A stretch of 64,000 bases of DNA from Macrostomum lignano (Eukaryota), in the NCBI GenBank assembly GCA_002269645.1, contig NIVC01000808.1:248001-312000 (forward strand). The letters run 5' to 3'. The notes beneath the pieces are model-generated. The model was not told the DNA's origin. It saw nothing but the letters and a program-made list of their open reading frames with translations, and ran no database searches. Below, one piece after another: positions 9,912 to 20,914 of this stretch (its first letter is position 1; each line of letters opens with the position of its first letter). A program made the position numbers and the translations under genes.

Positions 9912-11830
9912 CCTCTCCCCTTTCTCTCCCTTCCTCTCTCCCCTTTCTCTCCCTTCCTCTCTCCCCTTTCTCTCCCTTCCTCTCTCCCCTTTCTCTCCCT
10001 TCCTCTCTCCCCTTTCTCTCCCTTCCTCTCTCCCTTTCTCTCCCTTCCTCTCTCCCCTTTCTCTCCCTTCCTCTCTCCCCTTTCTCTCCCTTCCTCTCTC
10101 CCCTTTCTCTCCCTTCCTCTCTCCCCTTTCTCTCCCTTCCTCTCTCCCCTTTCTCTCCCTTCCTCTCTCCCCTTTCTCTCCCTTCCTCTCTCCCCTTTCT
10201 CTCCCTTCCTCTCTCCCCTTTCTCTCCCTTCCTCTCTCCCCTTTCTCTCCCTTCCTCTCTCCCCTTTCTCTCCCTTCCTCTCTCCCCTTTCTCTCCCTTC
10301 CTCTCTCCCCTTTCTCTCCCTTCCTCTCTCCCCTTTCTCTCCCTTCCTCTCTCCCCTTTCTCTCCCTTCCTCTCTCCCCTTTCTCTCCCTTCCTCTCTCC
10401 CCTTTCTCTCCCTTCCTCTCTCCCCTTTCTCTCCCTTCCTCTCTCCCCTTTCTCTCCCTTCCTCTCTCCCCTTTCTCCCTCCCCTTTCTCTCCCTTCCTC
10501 TCTCCCCTTTCTCTCCCTTCCTCTCTCCCCTTTCTCTCCCTTCCTCTCTCCCCTTTCTCTCCCTTCCTCTCTCCCCTTTCTCTCCCTTCCTCTCTCCCCT
10601 TTCTCTCCCTTTCTCCCTCCCCTTTCTCTCCCTTCCTCTCTCCCCTTTCTCTCCCTTCCTCTCTCCCCTTTCTCCCTCCCCTTTCTCTCCCTTCCTCTCT
10701 CCCCTTTCTCCCTCCCCTTTCTCTCCCTTCCTCTCTCCCCTTTCTCTCCCTTCCTCTCTCCCCTTTCTCCCTCCCCTTTCTCTCCCTTCCTCTCTCCCCT
10801 TTCTTCCTCCCCTTTCTCTCCCTTCCTCTCTCCCCTTTCTCTCCCTTCCTCTCTCCCCTTTCTCTCCCTTCCTCTCTCCCCTTTCTCTCCCTTCCTCTCT
10901 CCCCTTTCTCTCCCTTCCTCTCTCCCCTTTCTCTCCCTTTCTCCCTCCCCTTTCTCTCCCTTCCTCTCTCCCCTTTCTCTCCCTTCCTCTCTCCCCTTTC
11001 TCCCTCCCCTTTCTCTCCCTTCCTCTCTCCCCTTTCTCCCTCCCCTTTCTCTCCCTTCCTCTCTCCCCTTTCTCTCCCTTCCTCTCTCCCCTTTCTCCCT
11101 CCCCTTTCTCTCCCTTCCTCTCTCCCCTTTCTTCCTCCCCTTTCTCTCCCTTCCTCTCTCCCCTTTCTCTCCGTTCCTCTCTCCCCTTTCTCTCCCTTCC
11201 TCTCTCCCCTTTCTCTCCGTTCCTCTCTCCCCTTTCTCTCCCTTCCTCTCTCCCCTTTCTCTCCGTTCCTCTCTCCCCTTTCTTTCCCTTCCTCTCTCCC
11301 CTTTCTCTCCCTTCCTCTCTCCCCCTTTCTCTCCCTTCCTCCCTCCCCTTTCTCTCCCTTCCTCTCTCCCCTTTCTCTCCCTTCCTCTCTCCCCTTTCTC
11401 CCTCCCCTTTCTCTCCCTTCCTCTCTCCCCTTTCTCTCCCTTCCTCTCTCCCCTTTCTCCCTCCCCTTTCTCTCCCTTCCTCTCTCCCCTTTCTTCCTCC
11501 CCTTTCTCTCCCTTCCTCTCTCCCCTTTCTCTCCGTTCCTCTCTCCCCTTTCTCTCCCTTCCTCTCTCCCCTTTCTCTCCGTTCCTCTCTCCCCTTTCTC
11601 TCCCTTCCTCTCTCCCCTTTCTCTCCGTTCCTCTCTCCCCTTTCTTTCCCTTCCTCTCTCCCCTTTCTCTCCCTTCCTCTCTCCCCCTTTCTCTCCCTTC
11701 CTCCCTCCCCTTTCTCTCCCTCCCCTTTCTCTCCCTTCCTCTCTCCCCTTTCTCTCCCTTCCTCTCTCCCCTTTCTCTCCCTTTCTCCCTCCCCCTTTCT
11801 CTCCCTTCCTCTACCCCTTTCTTCCCTTCC
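9912..11830. repeat. ~1.9-kb polypyrimidine minisatellite, 23-bp unit (TTCCTCTCTCCCCTTTCTCTCCC)
   Basis: Read directly; essentially only C/T on the + strand; followed by (TTA)n at about 11926-11985. Confidence 0.97.
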
Positions 11831-11929
11831 TTATTTATCCCCGGTACCTTAATCCTCCCATACGCTTCCAGTCTTCAACCTCAACTTAATTTTCTGTTTT
11901 ATCTTTTCGTTCAATATACTCGTATTATA

Positions 11930-11985
<56 letters not shown>

Positions 11986-12399
11986 GGCTATTATTTCACA
12001 AAAATACCGCTTAAAAGAGAAATAAATCATTTTTCACTTTCTCCCGCTGCTTCAATTATTTTGCAGAATGAGAGTCGAGTTTAAGCCGGAGAGTACAAAC
12101 TGAGGACGAGCCTGCTGCAATCAATGCATTTCTACCTGTCTATTGACCAGTCAGCCGCCGCTGTGTGCACTCGCGCTTTTCATGTTTAGTTATAATTGCG
12201 TCGCGCCTGTTATCCGCGAGCCGGTCTGGCGCCCCAATCACTAGAAATTGGGCAATTATATTTTTTTGTCTTGTTGTTTCGATTGAAAATTTTCTTCTCA
12301 ATTCCTTTTCCATTTTTTTCCTTTGAGCCTTTTTTCCCTATGGCCATTCTAGAAGCAAAAGGAACGGTGGCTTTAATAAGTCTGTTGTTTGTTTGAAAA

Positions 12400-13584
12400 A
12401 AATTGGAGGTTTTCACAAGACCTAAACTTCCCAACGCCTAAAATCATATTCAGCACCCCAGTTCACGTAACGTCACCGAAGGTTCATAGGACCTAAATTT
12501 CACATCGCCTAAAAGTTTTAAGCTTTCACTTTGATAGCGTCTAGGCTTTCGTTATTTTTAAGCATTAGCGTTAGAATAAAAAAATTAGATGAAGTTTTAG
12601 GTCTCGTAAAGTTTAGGTTTCATTAAGTTTTGTGCTTAGGTCTAATGAAGTTTAGGTCTCATGAAGTTTAGGTCTCATAAAGTTTTAGGTCTCATGAAGT
12701 TTAGGTCTAATAAAGTTTAGGCTTCATGAAGTTTAAGTCTCATGAAGTTTAGGTCTCATGAAGTTTTAGGTCTCATGAAGTTTGGGTCTCATGAAGTTTT
12801 AGGTCTCATGAAGTTTAGGTCTAATGAAGTTTAGGTCTCATGAAGTTTAGGTCTCATAAAGTTTTAGGTCTCATGAAGTTTAGGTCTAATAAAGTTTAGG
12901 CTTCATGAAGTTTAAGTCTCATGAAGTTTAGGTCTCATGAAGTTTTAGGTCTCATGAAGTTTAGGTCTAATGAAGTTTAGGTCTCATGAAGTTTAGGTCT
13001 CATGAAGTTTAGGTCTCATGAAGTTTAGGTCTCATGAAGTTTTAGGTCTCATGAAGTTTAGGTCTCATGAAGTTTAGGTCTCATGAAGTTTAGGTCTCAT
13101 GAAGTTTAGGTCTCATGAAGTTTTAGGTCTCATGAAGTTTAGGTCTCATGAAGTTTTAGGTCTCATGAAGTTTAGGTCTAATAAAGTTTTAGGTCTCATG
13201 AAGTTTAGGTCTAATAAAGTTTAGGCTTCATGAAGTTTAGGTCTCATGAAGTTTAGGTCTCATGAAGTTTTAGGTCTAATGAAGTTTAGGTCTAATGAAG
13301 TTTAGGTCTCATGAAGTTTAGGTCTCATGAAGTTTAGGTCTTATGAAGTTTAGGTCTTATGAAGTTTAGGTCTTATGAAGTTTAGGTCTTATGAAGTTTA
13401 GGTCTCATGAAGTTTAGGCTTCATGAAGTTTAAGTCTCATGAAGTTTTAAGTCTCATTAAATTGGATTTTTAACCTTTATGCGATGCGAAGTTAAGTCTT
13501 ATGTCTTTGAAGTTTAGTAGGCGTTGTGAAAGATTGTGCTTTAGACGAAGTGAATTTTGCGTCCTGTGAAAGCGACAATTTCCC
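12400..13584. mobile_element. Foldback/MITE-like element with imperfect ~120-bp inverted arms and an internal 16-17-bp array (CTCATGAAGTTTAGGT)
   Basis: Left arm AATTGGAGGTTTTCACAAGACCTAAACTTC... matches the reverse complement of the right arm ...GTCCTGTGAAAGCGACAATT; array at about 12590-13455. No TSD found. Confidence 0.6.
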
Positions 13585-14244
13585 ATTTAGGTAAATATTT
13601 TTCTAATAATGTCAGTCAAATTTTATCATTTTTATCAAAATGCAATCAATTTCTGCTAAATATATATACGATTTACAAGTACAATTCGATGTATATATAT
13701 ATATATGTAAGTTTTCTGTTGATAAATAAAAATTTCCGTTTATACAGTTTTATCGCCTGTTGTTTTGTTTGGGTCAACTACATGTAGAATCTGGTGGCCA
13801 GCTCACTCGCAGCTGTCAGATACAGCTTTTTAGGCTAGCTGCTGAAGTGCTTCCCTCGGCTGCGTTGTAAATCACACAAGTCACGTGCTTCGATAGATTC
13901 ACTCTCTATCTAACCATTAAGAGTGCGCGGGGTTCAGGCTGGCTTTATAAGCTGCTGCTGCAATTTAGTCTATTATATAAAGAAGCCATAAAGCCTATAC
14001 AGTTTATACATACTTCATATAGAGCGTTTCTATTTTTATATCAGGCCGTAGTGTTTATTTGAGTTTCGCGGTCCGGGCTCCCATATCACGCGGGGACCGC
14101 GTGACCGCTTTTAAATTGACTGGACTGCTCCCTCTCCTTTGCTTTAATCTGCAGTTTTGAATTTTGATTTAATAATATTGTGTATGTAGTTAATTCTAAC
14201 ACTTAAGCACTTCTTTAACTGTTTGTGGCGCAAATTCTGGGAAC

Positions 14245-15360
14245 CGCCGGCCGCCCCTTATATGCCCTGGGAACCGCCTCTTATCCGCTTGCAACTCCGC
14301 CTCTTATCCGCTCTGTTAACCGCCCCTTATCCGCCTTTAAAACCGCCCCTTATCCCCCCTGTTAACCGCCCCTTATCCGCCTTTAAAAACGCCCCTTATC
14401 CGCCCTGTTAACCGCCCCGTATCCGCCCTGTTAACCGCCCCTTATCCGCCTTTAAAACCGCCCCTTATCCCCCCTGTTAACCGCCCCTTATCCGCCTTTA
14501 AAACCGCCCCTTATCCGCCCTGTTAACCGCCCCGTATCCGCCCTGTTAACCGCCCCTTATCCGCCCTGTTAACCGCCCCGTATCCGCCCTGTTAACCGCC
14601 CCTTATCCGCCTTTAAAACCGCCCCTTATCCGCCCTGTTAACCGCCCCTTATCCGCCTTTAAAACCGCCCCTTATCCGCCCTGTTAACTGCCCTTTATCC
14701 GCCTTTAAAACCGCCCCTTATCCGCCCTGTTAACCGCCCCTTATCCGCCTTTAAAACCGCCCCTTATCCCCCCTGTTAACCGCCCTTTATCCGCCTTTAA
14801 AACCGCCCCTTATCCGCCCTGTTAACCGCCCCTTATCCGCCTTTAAAACCGCCCCGTATCAGCCCTGTTAACCGCCCCTTATCCGCCTTTAAAACCGCCC
14901 CTTATCCGCCTTTAAAACCGCCCCTTATCCGCCTTTAAAACCGCCCCTTATCCGCCCTGTTAACCGCCCCTTATCCGCCCTGTTAACCGCCCCTTATCCG
15001 CCCTGTTAACCGCCCCTTATCCGCCTTTAAAACCGCCCCTTATCCGCCTTTAAAACCACCCCTTATCCGCCCTGTTAACCGCCCCTTATCCGCCCTGTTA
15101 ACCGCCCCTTATCCGCCCTGTTAACCGCCCCTTATCCGCCTTTAAAACCGCCCCTTATCCCCCCTGTTAACCGCCCTTTATCCGCCTTTAAAACCGCCCC
15201 TTATCCGCCCTGTTAACCGCCCTTTATCCGCCTTTAAAACCGCTCCTTATCAGCCCTGTTAACCGCCCCTTATCCGCCCTGTTAACCGCCCTTTATCCGC
15301 CTTTAAAACCGCGTCTTATCCGCCCTGGAAACCGCGTCTTATCCGCCCTGGAAACCGCCC
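14245..15360. repeat. 23-24-bp GC-box-rich minisatellite (CCGCCCCTTATCCGCCCTGTTAA / CCGCCCCTTATCCGCCTTTAAAA)
   Basis: Read directly; two unit variants interspersed. Confidence 0.95.
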
Positions 15361-16004
15361 ATACCGGTAAACGTCCTGTCTTTTTTTTTGCCTTGGTAAT
15401 CTACATTCTCAGGATCTCTTATACGGTCGTATAAACTGTCCTTACTCATCATCGTACACGGCAATGACAAGTGCACAAACACTGTGTATAGTGTTGCACA
15501 ATGAATTGTATTCCAGAATTTTCCGCGTGATTCCAGACTCCAGACATGACAAAAACAAGAGTCATCTGCTTTTGGATTCACCCACCAGTGTCTACCACTA
15601 GTGACGCCCTTTTCTATACTGTACACTGCATAATAAAAATCTGACGAAATTCTTTTCGGTTCTATTTTTAGAAATCGGGCAATCCCCGGCTAGGCCTCGG
15701 GGCGGGGCGTTTAGAAAGCCACCGTACACCCCTACCCCTGTCTGTTTCAAATGGACTTTTCTATCGCAAAGAAGCTGACGAAATAGTAGTATTTTTGTCA
15801 AGGTCGCAGTCTATGTTCCTATTATGGCGCTTCGAATAGTTGAGTCAACGAAAAGCAATTGGGGGGTGTGTCTGCGTTTCAAGACTATAAGTTTTTTTAG
15901 GCAGCTTTAAAAAATGAATGGATTTTTTTGCTTGGCTATTTCTTTTGTTTAGTCCATAAGAATTAAGGCTTCGCAAATCCTCGTGCTGGGATTCCCATAA
16001 CTTC

Positions 16005-16235
16005 TAGTTCGGCTTCCCAAGTCCTCAGGTTGGACTTCCCAAATCTTCAAATTAGACTTCTCAGATCCCCGAGTTGGACTTCCCTCAGATCCTAAGGTTG
16101 GACTTCCCAAATCCTCAAGTTGGAGTCGGACTTCCCAGATCCCCGGTTGGACTTCCCAAATCCTCAAATTGGACTTCCCAGATCCTCAGGTTGGACTGCC
16201 CTGATCATGGGGTCAGACTTCTCAGATCCTCAGTT
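16005..16235. repeat. Degenerate ~22-bp repeat (GGTTGGACTTCCCAGATCCTCA)
   Basis: About 10 diverged copies. Confidence 0.85.
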
Positions 16236-17097
16236 TGTGCATTTCTGTGCGGTACTCTTATTCTTACGTTATTCTGTGATTGAAAAAAGCATTCTAGTGC
16301 AGTCATGTGCATGCGCCAAAGCTGTTCACACAGTGCACTGCAACTACAAGTTCGGTTTTTGCGGTTAGGAAAAATCTGAATCTAAATCCAGGTGCAGCGG
16401 CGCGCAGTTCGGTGCAGCAATTCTCTTTATGGTGCCGCTTTGGCGACCACTTTCCGCTAGCGCCCTCGCGACGGAGCAAATGAAATTCCGGAAGCTTTCG
16501 GCACCGAATTTCGCCTTAATTTAACGAATGGGTCAGGAGGGACAGCAGTGGAGGCCGAGCGGCATTGGCTATGCCTATGCCTACAGTCGGATGCATGGGT
16601 TATGCGGTGCACCTGAATTACACTAAGCTTAACTACGCCTCGTGTTGTTGCTAACTAAACTTGCTACATTATTATCAATTCGGATTATTAATGTAACCAA
16701 GTCGCCGTGTTTTTCCCTCATTTTTGTGGATGAAATTCCATTGCTCGAAAGCGGAAATCTTGGTTGCCTTTTATTGCTTGATTTTTCAAGGAGGCATGGT
16801 TTACGAGCATTTCCGCGTCCTCTAACTGTACCTAGGTAAACTTTCTTGATTTTGTGCGTCCGATTGTATATTTCTGAAAATGTACTCGATAATCCTATTT
16901 AATTATTAGATACATAAAACTAAAGTACATTTAGAGACTTGTGGTAACGTCCACATTTACTTCCCTTTAGATTGTCCGGGCTACTAGAGTTTAAGTGTGT
17001 CAATGCTTGAGTGGTGACTGGATTCGGAGTGTGTGGAGGGGCATCAACAGTCTTCTGTTGCGGGATCGGGCACTCCGGAATTATCGCTAGCCGGGAC

Positions 17098-17459
17098 CAC
17101 GTGACTTGCCGCTGGTGGTCTGGTCACACTTGCTTTGCGTGGCCCTAAGTCCACGTCAGCGCTGCGTCAGCCGATCTTCCCTATTGGTCGAGCAAATAGA
17201 GCGCTGGGTGAGAGGGGGTGGGGATGAGAAGTTGGGGGTGGGTCGTTAAAATCGGGGGGTTGAGAGAGCTATTTTTAGATTTCATGTACACTAAAGTTTT
17301 CCGCAAGCGTACAAAGCGGTCCCGATGGAATTTCCTTGAGAAACAGTGGCAAGGGCAAGTAAGAGAGGGGTCTCTGAGTACAGTGTGTGGCGGGGAGCGC
17401 CAATCCTCACGCGGCAAACATCGGAAAACACGAAGCTCTTTCTTAGCTGGGCTATAAAA
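17098..17459 (+). promoter_or_regulatory. Putative GADD45-like promoter: E-box, CRE/UPRE-like, CCAAT and TATA motifs
   Basis: CACGTG 17098, CCACGTCA 17151, CTGCGTCA 17162, ATTGG 17183, CCAAT 17400, TATAAAA 17453-17459; a 5'-UTR donor GTAAGT follows at 17679. Confidence 0.45.
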
Positions 17460-17776
17460 TCCAACGCGTGCGCTGAGGGCAGGCGATTAAGCTATTAGTG
17501 TCAACAAGCACAATATAAGGACAAAATCCACAAGCAAGCAATCTTTCTTCAGCTAATCGAAACTTCTACTTACCTGGATAAATTGTTACAGTTCAAAGTC
17601 GAATTTTTGAAGCTTCCCTATGGCCGATCCGCCAGACAAAACCAACAGTTACAATAGCTTCATTCCAGACTCTACTGGGTAAGTTTGCAAGCTAATAATT
17701 TATTAATCATAAAATATTGTTATTTACGTTATCATATTCTGATGCTTTCAAACTGTCCTTGTTGCACTACAGCGCA

Positions 17777-18920
17777 ATGGTACTCGACGACGAGATGTCT
17801 CAGCAAGTCACGCTCAACGTATCCATGCAGCAGTGCTTAGCCCAGGCCAACTCGGAGGGGCGCCTGATTTCTGGGTTTAAAAACGTGTTCACCTTTCTGG
17901 AGAACAAGTTAGTTGCGTATCCATGCATGTTTGAATATTTAATTTTCACCGAAGCAAATAGAAATCCTAAACTCATTACTATAAGTACTCGTATAACTAA
18001 TACTTCAGAAACTCGAAGTTTTAATTGTCCCACATTTTCTTTGGATTACAGCAGCAGCGAACTAATCCTGTTCTGCATCCTGCCAGAGAATCTGTGGAAC
18101 GATTCTCGCCGCAAGGCAGCCTTCAGACTGGTCGCGTCGTTCTGCGACGAGCGCCGGGTGCGAATGATCAAGGTGCGAATTTATTGTTTTATAGTTCGTT
18201 TAGGGCACTAGAGAACCTCTTCAGTAGCATTCAAGTATTTATATTAGTATAATTAATAGTATTAATTGATTGCTCTAACCTGCCCTAATTGGGCCAGATG
18301 TGCAACCGACAGCTCAGCCGCAGCTATTGCGCGGCGCATCTGAAGGCTGCGTACGGCTGTTCAGTCCAAGGACTGGGGGGTCGCCACACACACCCTCAAT
18401 TACCCCAGCTAATGCTGGCACCCATTTTACAGCTGGGTGAGCTGAAGCAATGCAGAGTTAAGTGTCTTGCTCAAGGACACAGATTGTTTCAGTAGGATCG
18501 GGAATCAAACCCCCGACTTCCAAGTCGTGAGACCGACTCTTTACCCACTGGGCTACAACTCCTATATATAGTATATTATTATACTATTATGTAAAACCAT
18601 AAGAGGGCTCACACCCAAGAGGGTGTACACTCGCGCTCTCTTCATCAGTGTCAGCGCTGATGAAGTTGGAATTCGCTAATCCCCCCCACGAAAACTCTGC
18701 TCAGGTTGACGACGACCAGTTGGTCAGAAAAATCATTGAGAGGACCAGCAGCTCCCAACTGAGCGCCGGCAAGGCGGACCTGTCCTTCGAGTGCGTCCTG
18801 GTGCTGCGCCGCTGGCCAGATCAGCCCTGCTGCGACGCCGAACTGTTGCGTCATCACGCCAGGTTCCCCGGCCACGATTTCGACAACCTGCCTCTGGTCC
18901 GGCTGCTGGAGTCGTCCTGA
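17777..18920 (+). CDS. GADD45: GADD45-like protein (L7Ae/L30e/Gadd45 fold)
   Basis: Exons 17777-17907, 18052-18172 and about 18649/18666-18920. Motif order CLAQANSEGRLISG / ELILFCIL / FRLVASFCDERRVRMIK / FECVLV / LPLVRL matches GADD45. The last acceptor has a phase ambiguity. Confidence 0.78.
18265..18561 (-). mobile_element. tRNA-derived CORE-SINE (copy 2) in GADD45 intron
   Basis: Reverse-complement match to 7593-7890 along its whole length. Confidence 0.85.
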
Positions 18921-19934
18921 TTGCAGGGTTTTTTTGGGGAGCATCGAATTCGATCTGAAGCTACAGGCTGCCCTCGGGCGGTTAGCTCCGAGGACCCGGT
19001 AGCCGCAGGCCAGAGCGCCTTGGCCAGCGCACGCTTCCGCACTACTTATGACGATCAGTAGTGTATTATTAAACAGTTAGATAAATTTATCGCACGCGTT
19101 GTTTCTTGGAAATCGGAATTTGTAAAGTCCTAAATTGATGGTAGATTTCGACTGTATTTTTGACATCTTCGCATGCTTGACTTGGCAGGCGACTTGATCG
19201 ATTGCAGTCTGGAAATTTGAATTGGCATTGAATTTCATATTTTCACTGGCGTAGTAAGGTAACTGTCTCTGTTGTTATCCATATTTTTGTACTTGCAATT
19301 TCATCTCCGACAAAGTTGAACAGCCCAACTGCTATTTTATACATGTTAAATACTAGCTACAATGATCTCATTTAAGACAAGATTTCATTGCTCCATTCTT
19401 ATTTGCTAAGACTTCTTCAACTTTTTGCCAGCATTACGCCTACTACCTGCATCTGTTGTTGTAAATTTTTGTAAATTGTTCGCCCAATTACTTGTTATTT
19501 TATTTGTTCAGACACGAATTTCTGCTAATGCAAATATTCAAATTTGTCAGCTTTGCTTTTCTATAGTTGCAAATTTTGTTTGACAGATTAAATAAAATTT
19601 TAATGTTTTTTATTGTCGTTTTGTTTGGCGGTTTTTTGTAAAAAATGTGAAGCACTGATTTTACGTTTTTATTTACGAAACGCTCATTATTTGCTTTGAC
19701 TACTACTTATTAGTAGATTGCAGTAGTTTGATTAGCACATCTTTTGGTCTATTTAACTTTTAGAATGGGCTCTTATGAAGGTAAGTAAATAAAAATTAAC
19801 AAAAACAATCGTGATTTAAAATCCAGGATGAACTCTTTCAAGTGACGCATGCTTGGCAATTGAAGGAAGTGTTAAACAGGCCTTGTCCTTTCTTGAACAG
19901 TTTTAAAAAGTACATTGACCGTACTTCCCGTGCC

Positions 19935-20432
19935 TCCCAAGTCCTGAAGCTTTACCGACTCAAACCTCCCAAGGCCTGAAGCTTCACCGACTCAAACCTC
20001 CCAAGGCCTGAGCTTCACCGACTCAAACCTCCCAAGGCCTGAGCTTCACCGACTCAAAACCTCCCAAGGCCTGAAGCTTCACCGACTCAAACCTCCCAAG
20101 GCCTGAAGCTTCACCGACTCAAACCTCCCAAGGCCTGAGCTTCACCGACTCAAAACCTCCCAAAGCCTGAAGCTTCACCGACTCAAACCTCCAAGGCCTG
20201 AAGCTTCACCGACTCAAACCTCCCAAGGCCTGAAGCTTCACCGACTCAAACCTACCAAGGCCTGAGCTTCACCGACTCAAACCTCCCAAGGCCTGAAGCT
20301 TCACCGACTCAAACCTCCCAAGGCCTGAAGCTTCACCGACTCAAACCTCCCAAGGCCTGAAGCTTCACCGACTCAAACCTCCCAAGGCCTGAAGCTTCAC
20401 CGACTCAAACCTCCCAAGGCCTGAAGCTTCAC
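19935..20432. repeat. 32-bp minisatellite (CTTCACCGACTCAAACCTCCCAAGGCCTGAAG), about 15 copies
   Basis: Read directly. Confidence 0.95.
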
Positions 20433-20914
20433 TGCCTCCGTCCTCTAAGAACCAAAAGTTCACTAACCTGAGCTAAGAGTCACAAACTAACCACAGTAAA
20501 ATATGCTTAACTTGCAATGCTGGCTGTGAATGTGCGAATAACATAATACATGTCCATAATTTATAACAGTATAATTTTGCAGTTCCAATTTTCTCCCGAA
20601 TAATAACTGACAGCTTTCGCAATTTGCATCAGCAGTTTATGCATTAATTATTATTGTTTTTGCGCATAAAAATTTCAAGTACGAGATAAATACGTAAAGT
20701 GTAGGTCTGCAGGGGAGAGGTGTCGTACCTGAGAGTTGTATCTTCAAATTCGATCCGTTTGATTGGCTGTAGGGCGAGCGGCACCCAGAAGCAATTGTTT
20801 GCAACGGTTTTATAAGAAATCTCTAATTGACTTTCAGCACACAAGGCCTGCAGTGATACTACCTGGCTAAGCTTTGATTCAAGCTTCAAGCTCTACTCTT
20901 TCTCTCTCTCTAAT

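Noticed and set aside
9842-11986. Three 650-714-aa L/S/P/F ORFs
   Set aside because: They are open in all three frames only because the C/T repeat cannot encode stops.
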